From: a virus
Lineage: Duplodnaviria > Caudoviricetes
IMG/VR virus record: IMGVR_UViG_3300027734_003164
Coordinates: 96,001-160,000 of that record
DNA: 64,000 nucleotides
Strand: one strand, 5' to 3'
Shown here piece after piece: positions 55,101-61,481 of this stretch. Under the pieces are notes generated by a model that saw only the letters and a list, made by a program, of their open reading frames with translations, was not told where the DNA came from and did not search any database. Positions within the stretch are counted from its first letter, which is position 1. Every line of letters begins with the position of its first letter. Position numbers and translations under genes: made by a program.

Positions 55101-55402
55101 CCTGATAATCCAAGTATTCTTGTTACAAATAATTGATTTGATTGACTTAAGTAAGCCTTTGCAATGTAAGACGCCTCATATTTTGGTATTTGTGTATTTA
55201 CAAATTTTTCAGGACTTGTTCCCCCAAAATAAACTTGATATTCGTCAAAGTTTGTTATGAAAATAGGTTCAAATGCGGGACCTTGTATGGTTTCACCGAC
55301 AATACCTAAAGTTGTTACACCAACGCTTTGTGCAACAAAAGTTAAATCTCTTTCTGAAGTGTAAACACCAGGTGAGACGAAAACCTTATTACTAGATGCC
55401 AT
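52199..55402 (-). CDS. Tail sheath protein (gp18-like), enlarged
   Basis: FVSPGVYTSERDLT start, WFASAGYTRG, RDTLYKGRINPI, IWGNKTL, DRINVRRLL, KPTRALEYI. Confidence 0.95.
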   Translation of the reverse strand: MASSNKVFVSPGVYTSERDLTFVAQSVGVTTLGIVGETIQGPAFEPIFITNFDEYQVYFGGTSPEKFVNTQIPKYEASYIAKAYLSQSNQLFVTRILGLSGYDAGPSWSVVTIANPNPATIRATGNTTGITLNFTGTTGTSSNITITSVPSQLSADFNRTYTTYNGGTSTLNADFQNFISTNVNSFSVSASTSGKTAIYWGTLSANTLTYVSGSSVNTVTATSETFGVNNVNLSLANLSAGTNDTWYYALFDYNKIQSVGSYYGYGLGASIGAMSSLGGGVFSGRCNIGMTFYSGSPYSEWDDLVVSTLRSRGLTSYSSTQHGPQYWVTGTSNVQMVCTGTYSAVTSDPYSTFVISGITYDSETFSFETSMLSTNSNYMSSLFGKSNFAKDRNEVPIFVEEIYPSLLNSGYNNSKIRGLYCDLIELDSAESLNTETIGFYLEQYQTPKTPYLVSELRGNLVYKLFKFVLISDGNAANRLVKISIGNVSFTNNTFDVFVRDFYDTDQNVRVIESFTNCSLDPSQNNFIANKIGTSNGEYQVKSKYLMIEMADEAPTDALPCGFEGYIMREYSNATPPFVIYKTRYLKAGDEIDNPPFGSANGGDNIRISSGENVRRAYLGISNITGVDYDFFEYKGKQLPTNIATDTTGPDWGYITKGFHLDSGATIVTISNAYATSGQSAFEVGAGSFSSEPLDSDNPYYNLNTRKYTLYAYGGFDGWDIYRASRTNADTFALGQTGYKQGAAASATYPTASGWGAFKQISGPNQETWANTDYYAYKWGQSTFSNPESTNINVFVTPGIDYVNNSNLVEDAVNLIEEDRADSIYICTTPDFNLFLPSYQNIEEGLIYPQQAVDNLENIGIDSNYTATYYPWVLTRDTVNNTQIYLPPTAEVTKNLALTDNIAFPWFASAGYTRGLVNAIRARRKLTQEDRDTLYKGRINPIATFNDVGTVIWGNKTLQIRESALDRINVRRLLLQARKLISAVAIRLLFEQNDDKVRQDFLDSVNPILDSIRRDRGLIDFRVTVSNTPEDLDSNTLTGKIYLKPTRALEYIDIEFVITPTGASFDNV

Positions 55403-55436
55403 TTTAAATTATGTTTTAGCTTTTTATGTTTTCTAT

Positions 55437-55443
55437 ATAAATA
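55437..55443 (-). promoter_or_regulatory. TATTTAT motif
   Basis: 34 nt upstream of the sheath gene. Confidence 0.55.
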
Positions 55444-55453
55444 CATTCAATTT

Positions 55454-55485
55454 TTGCAAAAAACTATTGACAATAATATATTTAT
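55454..55485 (+). promoter_or_regulatory. TTG-N20-TATATTTA element overlapping a TATTTAT, upstream of the RHH gene
   Basis: TTG 55454-55456, TATATTTA 55477-55484, TATTTAT 55479-55485. Confidence 0.45.
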
Positions 55486-55490
55486 CTGAT

Positions 55491-55516
55491 AAGGCAGACA
55501 AAATTCTGCCTTTTTT
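55491..55516 (+). terminator. Hairpin AAGGCAGA-N6-TCTGCCTT plus T-run (terminator/attenuator or operator)
   Basis: Perfect 8-bp inverted repeat lying between the putative promoter and the small RHH-like ORF. Confidence 0.55.
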
Positions 55517-55532
55517 CTCACCTTAAATTATT

Positions 55533-55691
55533 ATGAAAAATAAAAAAATTAAAAACATTAAAATATCTGATGATGTCCATTCAGTATTAAAAACTTACTG
55601 CGAAAAAAATGGTTTGAAATTGTATAAGTTTTTAGAAAATTTAATAATTAAAACTTGTAGTAAACCTAAAGATATATACGGTGAAGATTAA
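55533..55691 (+). CDS. Small ribbon-helix-helix-like DNA-binding protein (52 aa, not in track)
   Basis: MKNKKIKNIKISDDVHSVLKTYCEKNGLKLYKFLENLIIKTC...: alternating beta strand followed by two helices. Confidence 0.7.
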   Translation: MKNKKIKNIKISDDVHSVLKTYCEKNGLKLYKFLENLIIKTCSKPKDIYGED

Positions 55692-56920
55692 ACAAAATAG
55701 GCGACGGTTTTAATTACTGATGTTTGAGTAATTAAACTTTTATATACCTTTATTAATAGAGAGTCTCCATCATTAACTTGAATAACATCCAAATCATCAC
55801 CTATGTAAAGACCATTTATATAAACAGAAAATGCACTACCACAAGATGTTGTTGAATTTGTTGTCGCACCTGTTGGGTTTGAAAATACAGGGAAAGTACC
55901 TCCTTGAACACAAATAGTACCTGTATTACCACTTGTTATTCCTGATATAATTGATGGCCCACTATTACATGTTACAAAATTTAAAGTGTTGTTTGTCGTT
56001 GCGGTATAATTAAAATTATAACAACTTGATAAATTTTGCAATTCAACAACTTTTAAATCTGCTGTGTATCTAAAAACTTCAGATAATTGTGTTACTCCAG
56101 GTAAAAAAGTAAAATCAAAATCAAAGTTGTCGGGTCGTGGAGGTTCAATTTCAACTCGTCTAGTTTTAATTTTTGTATCTACTTCAAACATCGTCATATA
56201 TCTTGATATTGCGGGAGAAACTTGAAAATCTTCTTCATCTAATAAAAACCCTTGTAGTGTCAACTTGTAATTTATAATGTAGTATTTTCTTTTTTCTAAA
56301 TCTTTTACTGACTCATCGGACACTTCTTCCATCATTATTGGCATATAGTGTCCATTGATTTGAGTATAGGATTGAGAAGACGCGAATGTTTGCATAACAA
56401 TTTTGTTAAACTCGTTGTTTTCTCTCATTCGATTACAAAACAACTTTAAATTGTAAACAATATCAACGGCAACAGGTTGTGGAACTTTATAGACATCAGC
56501 ACCTTTTCTTTGACCATCCCATGTTGGTACTGTAAAATAATTAATTCTAAGTTTTTCAGGGACATTAAATTTACCTCCAACATATTTACCTGGTTTAACT
56601 TCAGGAGTTCTTACAATTGCTAAAAAAGGTAATGATATATTTTTATCTAAATCTTGAAAATTCCACGTTTGTGTAAATTGCATCCAATTTTGATTGGTTA
56701 TAATTCTATCAATCAAAGGTACTTTTTTTTCATCAACAACTAATTCCAATTTGTCTTTAACAAAATCTAAAAACCCCCTGTCCAAATCGGCATGTAATAC
56801 CCCTTTTGGTAAAAACGTTCCATGTCTTGTTATGTCTTCGAGCATTTCTTCTCTTCTTTCCACACCAAACTTTTGTGGAATCAAAGGTAAATGTTTTTTT
56901 ACTTGTTTTGGAAAAGTCAT
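55688..56920 (-). CDS. Tail terminator / sheath stabiliser (gp15-like) with C-terminal extension
   Basis: LPFLAIVR and PQPVAVDIVYNLKLF...NEFNKIVMQTF resemble gp15; adjacent to the gp14-like gene and the sheath. Confidence 0.6.
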   Translation of the reverse strand: MTFPKQVKKHLPLIPQKFGVERREEMLEDITRHGTFLPKGVLHADLDRGFLDFVKDKLELVVDEKKVPLIDRIITNQNWMQFTQTWNFQDLDKNISLPFLAIVRTPEVKPGKYVGGKFNVPEKLRINYFTVPTWDGQRKGADVYKVPQPVAVDIVYNLKLFCNRMRENNEFNKIVMQTFASSQSYTQINGHYMPIMMEEVSDESVKDLEKRKYYIINYKLTLQGFLLDEEDFQVSPAISRYMTMFEVDTKIKTRRVEIEPPRPDNFDFDFTFLPGVTQLSEVFRYTADLKVVELQNLSSCYNFNYTATTNNTLNFVTCNSGPSIISGITSGNTGTICVQGGTFPVFSNPTGATTNSTTSCGSAFSVYINGLYIGDDLDVIQVNDGDSLLIKVYKSLITQTSVIKTVAYFV

Positions 56921-56927
56921 AATTTAA

Positions 56928-57443
56928 TTAAATTCCTTCAAATTCATTATTGGTAACAGGGGTTGCAACAATTGTTCTATAAAATCTTTTATAACCACCA
57001 TAGGTATGTTTATTGTCAGTAAACACCCTACCATCATTTACCACACTATAATATCTAACTCTACTTTCTGTTTCATAGTATCCAATATAATCACCATATT
57101 CTATATCAATTTCTAAGTCGTCTAAATAATCTTGATAAACACTAACAGTTAAATTACCCGGTTCTAACTGTTCTAATTTTGTTGAGCCGTAGTCTTGGTT
57201 TGCAGGAGCCTCTATTTTAACCAAACCTTTAAATTCTATTGGTGGTAAAAATTGTATCCCACCTTTTAAGGCTTCACCATACACATCGTCGTTATTTGTT
57301 TTTTGCCTATCGACTTTATATAAAACTAAAGTGAAGTTCATATCTCCCTCTAACCATTCTCTTCCCATTTTTATATCCAAATTAAAGTCTTCTTCTGCAA
57401 AAAACTTATTTAATCTTGTTATTGGAACTTTAGGTTGTGTCAT
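56928..57443 (-). CDS. Neck protein (gp14-like head closure)
   Basis: TLVLYKVD...DDVYGEA...FLPPIEFKGLV pattern; context. Confidence 0.6.
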   Translation of the reverse strand: MTQPKVPITRLNKFFAEEDFNLDIKMGREWLEGDMNFTLVLYKVDRQKTNNDDVYGEALKGGIQFLPPIEFKGLVKIEAPANQDYGSTKLEQLEPGNLTVSVYQDYLDDLEIDIEYGDYIGYYETESRVRYYSVVNDGRVFTDNKHTYGGYKRFYRTIVATPVTNNEFEGI

Positions 57444-57447
57444 ACCT

Positions 57448-57454
57448 ATAAATA
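57448..57454 (-). promoter_or_regulatory. TATTTAT motif
   Basis: 4 nt upstream of ATG 57443. Confidence 0.55.
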
Positions 57455-57460
57455 CTTTGA

Positions 57461-57490
57461 TTGATTTTTTCTTGAATTTTATTATATTTT
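57461..57490 (+). promoter_or_regulatory. Host-type promoter TTG-N19-TATATTTT upstream of SNF2 helicase
   Basis: Same spacing and same -7 octamer as the SSB promoter. Confidence 0.6.
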
Positions 57491-57499
57491 ATATATACT

Positions 57500-59263
57500 A
57501 TGGAAGATTTTGTGCCTAAAACACCCGAATCAAAAGCCCTTTTAATATTAGATGATTACGAAGGGTCAAATAACTATATCCTTAATTTAAAACACAAAAA
57601 AGAGAACAGTAAGTCTTTCGTACCTACAAGACCGCAGTCGGATTATATCAATAATTATAACACAACACAACCAAAAGTTGCAAAAAAATGGGTCAAACTT
57701 GATTCATATTTTGGTAAAAAACTGATGGAAGATAAGATGTATACTAAGGAACCTTCTGAAATATATGTTGAAAAGTTGTTGGTTGAAAAAGACAAGGCAT
57801 ATCATATTTGGGGTAAAATCTTTTCAGGTGAAACTTTACATGACTTTTGGATGCCAAAATCGGCATTACTAAAAGATAATGAAGTTAAAAACATTTCTAT
57901 TGATTATGGTAAGTACACTCATAGACCTCCTATGGAACATCAAAAAGAAGCAATTGAAAAATTAGTAAGAAATAAAAAGTTTATTCTGGCCGATGACATG
58001 GGTCTTGGTAAAACAACATCAACTATCATTGCTGCGTTAGAAACGGGAGCTAAAAAAGTTTTAATTGTGTGTCCCGCATCATTAAAAATAAACTGGCAAA
58101 GAGAAATTGCAAATTATTCAGATAGGTCTGTTTATATTGCGGAAGGTAAGAAATTTTCAGATGAACATGATTTTGTTATTGTGAACTACGACATCTTAAA
58201 AAATTTCCACGACATTAAAGAAAAGGATAAGTCAGAAATTATGAAAATTAATTTTGATTTAGTAATCATGGATGAAGCACATATGATTTCTAATCCACAA
58301 GCGCAAAGAACAAAAATTGCCAACGACATTGCAAGTAAATCAAATAGAGTTTGGTTATTATCAGGAACACCTATGACCTCTAGACCTATGAATTATTATA
58401 ATTTATTAAACCTTGTTGATAGTCCTGTGGCAATGAATTGGATGGCTTATGCTAAAAGATATTGTAATGGATTTCAATTTAGTGTTGGAAAAAGAAAAGT
58501 GTGGAATGTTACAGGGGCATCTAATCTTGACGAATTAAGAGAAAGAACCTCAACACACATTCTAAGAAGATTAAAAGAAGAAGTTTTAGATTTACCTGAA
58601 AAAATTATTACACCTGTTTATTTAAGGCTAAAATCAAAAGACTACGAAGAATTAATGGGTGAATATTTTGATTGGTATGACCAAAACCCTGAAGAGTCAT
58701 CTTCACTTACAATTCAGTTTGGTAAACTAATGAAAGTAAGAAAAGTAATCGCACAAGAAAAAATTAATAACACAATAGAGTTAGCGGAAAACATTATAGA
58801 ACAAGGTAAAAAGGTTATTATATTTACAAATTTTACAGATACATTAAATCAAATCTATAATCACTTTGGTAAATCTGCGGTTTATTTAGATGGTAGTTGT
58901 TCCAAGTTTCACAGACAAAATGCGGTTGATGAGTTTCAAACAAATGATAAAATCAAAGTATTTGTTGGAAACTTGAAAGCCGCAGGTGTTGGTATTACTT
59001 TAACATCTGCCGAAGCCGTTATTATGAATGATTTATCTTTTGTTCCTGCTGAACATTCACAAGCAGAAGATAGGTCACATAGAATTGGTCAAAAAAATTC
59101 AACATCAGTTTATTACCCTCTTTTTGAAAATACAATAGAAGGTGCAATTTACGACATCTTAAATAGAAAAAAGAAAATTATTTCAACAGTAATGGGTGAC
59201 GATATGTTTGATGATGCATCCACAATTGAAGAAATGTTAAATTTAATTTCTGGTAATCGATGA
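57500..59263 (+). CDS. SNF2-family (HARP/SMARCAL1-like) helicase
   Basis: ILADDMGLGKT, DEAH, LSGTP, GITLTSA, QAEDRSHRIGQ. Confidence 0.93.
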   Translation: MEDFVPKTPESKALLILDDYEGSNNYILNLKHKKENSKSFVPTRPQSDYINNYNTTQPKVAKKWVKLDSYFGKKLMEDKMYTKEPSEIYVEKLLVEKDKAYHIWGKIFSGETLHDFWMPKSALLKDNEVKNISIDYGKYTHRPPMEHQKEAIEKLVRNKKFILADDMGLGKTTSTIIAALETGAKKVLIVCPASLKINWQREIANYSDRSVYIAEGKKFSDEHDFVIVNYDILKNFHDIKEKDKSEIMKINFDLVIMDEAHMISNPQAQRTKIANDIASKSNRVWLLSGTPMTSRPMNYYNLLNLVDSPVAMNWMAYAKRYCNGFQFSVGKRKVWNVTGASNLDELRERTSTHILRRLKEEVLDLPEKIITPVYLRLKSKDYEELMGEYFDWYDQNPEESSSLTIQFGKLMKVRKVIAQEKINNTIELAENIIEQGKKVIIFTNFTDTLNQIYNHFGKSAVYLDGSCSKFHRQNAVDEFQTNDKIKVFVGNLKAAGVGITLTSAEAVIMNDLSFVPAEHSQAEDRSHRIGQKNSTSVYYPLFENTIEGAIYDILNRKKKIISTVMGDDMFDDASTIEEMLNLISGNR

Positions 59264-59270
59264 TATTTAT
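59264..59270 (+). promoter_or_regulatory. TATTTAT motif
   Basis: 5 nt upstream of the SOD ATG; orientation flips with the gene strand. Confidence 0.55.
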
Positions 59271-59275
59271 ATATC

Positions 59276-59995
59276 ATGGGGAATAATATTTTTGAAAGTT
59301 ATCTACAGAAAATTTACAAAATAGAACAGTTGTTAGAAATTGATTCAGCACAAAAAACTAATCTAATTAATGAAATAAAAAAAATAAGTATAGATAAACT
59401 ACCTTACGAATATGATTCTTTAGAAGTTTTTATTGATAGTGAAACAATGAAAACTCACTACAACAAACATTACAAAGGTTATGTTGATAAATTGAATAAA
59501 GAATTAGAAAAAATAAGTGGTAAAGATTTAGACTTAGAACAAATTATATCTGACATTTCAAGTTTTAATACAATAGTTAGAAATAATGGTGGTGGCGCAT
59601 TTAATCATGCGTTGTTTTGGAAAATGATGTCGCCTAAAAAACAAAAGTTAGACGACCCCATCAAAAGTAAAATAGAAAAGACTTTCGGTTCATTTGAAAA
59701 ATTTAAAACAGAATTTGAAGACGCCGCCAAATCTTGTTTTGGTTCAGGTTGGGTTTGGTTGATTCTTACAGATAAAAATAGATTGAAAATTGTAACCACC
59801 GCAAATCAAGACAATCCCCTAATGGATAATCAAGAAGAAAGAGGTTACCCCTTGTTAGGTCTTGACGTTTGGGAACACGCTTATTATTTAAAATACAAAA
59901 ATCTAAGAGACAAGTACGTATCTAATTTTTGGAAAGTGGTTAATTGGGGATTTGTTAATGATTTGTATTCTACTCAGTCTAAACTTAACAACTAA
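59276..59995 (+). CDS. sodA: Fe/Mn superoxide dismutase (Mn-type signature) with N-terminal extension
   Basis: LPYEYDSLE, HYNKHYKGY, NNGGGAFNHALFW, FGSGWVWL, NQDNP, DVWEHAYY. Confidence 0.92.
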   Translation: MGNNIFESYLQKIYKIEQLLEIDSAQKTNLINEIKKISIDKLPYEYDSLEVFIDSETMKTHYNKHYKGYVDKLNKELEKISGKDLDLEQIISDISSFNTIVRNNGGGAFNHALFWKMMSPKKQKLDDPIKSKIEKTFGSFEKFKTEFEDAAKSCFGSGWVWLILTDKNRLKIVTTANQDNPLMDNQEERGYPLLGLDVWEHAYYLKYKNLRDKYVSNFWKVVNWGFVNDLYSTQSKLNN

Positions 59996-59999
59996 ATTA

Positions 60000-60006
60000 T
60001 ATTTAT
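60000..60006 (+). promoter_or_regulatory. TATTTAT motif
   Basis: 13 nt upstream of the gp13-like gene. Confidence 0.55.
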
Positions 60007-60019
60007 ATAATAAAAACTT

Positions 60020-61141
60020 ATGGCAACTACTGTAATTATCACCGAACCTGAAAGAAGTAAATTATATAAAAGAATAAAAAATCTTTTAGGTGCCCCTATT
60101 CGTAGTGTTGAATTAGAAGATGAAATGATGGATTCATTATTAGAATTATCTATTCAGGATTACGCACAACATGTAAACGATTGGTTGATTGAGGCTCAAT
60201 GGTCTTCTTTGAATGGTTTGAATTTAGATGAGCAATCACTAACAAGAGCCTTTACTACAAGAAGTATGGATTGGGAAACACAATATACTTACGCGTATTC
60301 AAAAATTGTGGGATTACAAGCTGGTGGTGATTATGTATTGAAAAAAGATTATATCGATTTAGTTTCTAATCAACAAATATATGAAATACCTGCAGGTCGC
60401 GAAGTTAATGAAATATTATGGTTTTCTCGTTCTGAATTAGACGCAGCATATTTTGACCCGTTTATGGGTGGATTTGGTGGATTTGGCGGTATTGGTTTAG
60501 GCGGTGGGGCAGGATTTTCTCAAATGGGGACAACAGGAAATTATTTTATTACACCAGCCTTTGATATTTTACTTAGAATGGCTGACATTCAAATGAAAAG
60601 AAGAATCATAACAGGAGATTTGACTTATAGAATAACAGCACTTCCTGAAGGAAAAAAAGCATTACATTTAATGAATGTACCTGGTGGAAAATTTGATTTT
60701 GGAAATATTGCTTATCAAAAATACAAAGTATGGTATTGGTATTATGATACTTTTGATAGAGATGATTGTTTAGCGAAAAATCCTGACGTTGTTAGACTTC
60801 CTTCTGACGTTCCAATTGATGAAATGAGATGGGATGAATTAAATTCACCAGCAAAAACTTGGGTTAGAAGATGGTTTACTGCGTATTGTAAAGAAACTTT
60901 GGCAAAAGTAAGAGGTAAGTATAGTGGTAGTTTGAAGACCCCTGATAGTGAATTAACCTTAGAGTGGCAAAGTTTAAACACTGAAGCTAAAGATGAAAAG
61001 ACAATGTTGTGGGAAGAATTGAAAGCAAGACTTGAAAGATTAAGACCTGAAAAACAAATGGAGCAAAAAGCCTTACAGGCCGAAAACTTGAACAAAGCCT
61101 TGAAATTTAGAGCATTTACAAGTCCTTATAATATCATATAA
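60020..61141 (+). CDS. Neck protein (gp13-like)
   Basis: IKNLLGAPIRSVELEDEMMDSLLELSIQDY resembles the gp13 N-terminus. Confidence 0.7.
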   Translation: MATTVIITEPERSKLYKRIKNLLGAPIRSVELEDEMMDSLLELSIQDYAQHVNDWLIEAQWSSLNGLNLDEQSLTRAFTTRSMDWETQYTYAYSKIVGLQAGGDYVLKKDYIDLVSNQQIYEIPAGREVNEILWFSRSELDAAYFDPFMGGFGGFGGIGLGGGAGFSQMGTTGNYFITPAFDILLRMADIQMKRRIITGDLTYRITALPEGKKALHLMNVPGGKFDFGNIAYQKYKVWYWYYDTFDRDDCLAKNPDVVRLPSDVPIDEMRWDELNSPAKTWVRRWFTAYCKETLAKVRGKYSGSLKTPDSELTLEWQSLNTEAKDEKTMLWEELKARLERLRPEKQMEQKALQAENLNKALKFRAFTSPYNII

Positions 61142-61148
61142 TTTTTTT

Positions 61149-61481
61149 ATGTCAGTATTTAAATCTATTCCTTCAATTAGAATAATTAATGGTAATAGCG
61201 TTGAAACATCAGATTCTGCAATAGTTTCAAACTCTTATTATGAAACCAATGGTGAATACGTCATTATTGTTTCGGGAGTTGAAAATTGTGAACTTTTGTT
61301 AAATTCATCAAATACCGACCACGTTGTTGTAAAATCTATGACGAATGTTTTAGTAAAGGGAGACTCATTAATTGATGAGCAATATGAAGAAGTTGAATTA
61401 ACTAAAGGCTCGTGCGTTGAGTTTAAAAAAGTCGGAAATTACTGGTATATATTATCTTCAGACGGATTAAAAAACTCTTAG
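61149..61481 (+). CDS. Small beta-rich protein, possibly a fibre-type domain
   Basis: C-terminal LIDEQYEEVELTKGSCVEFKKVGNYWYIL resembles a common fibre module; weak. Confidence 0.55.
   Translation: MSVFKSIPSIRIINGNSVETSDSAIVSNSYYETNGEYVIIVSGVENCELLLNSSNTDHVVVKSMTNVLVKGDSLIDEQYEEVELTKGSCVEFKKVGNYWYILSSDGLKNS

Noticed and set aside
22096-57443. Bacterial extracellular contractile injection system or tailocin locus
   Set aside because: Neck proteins, PolB, gp32-like SSB, helicase and RNR, with no cellular housekeeping genes, indicate a phage genome.
24479-59263. Eukaryotic giant virus origin (eukaryote-like RNR, SNF2, GT60, PolB)
   Set aside because: Sheath, tube, baseplate and tape measure genes and intrinsic terminators show a tailed bacteriophage.
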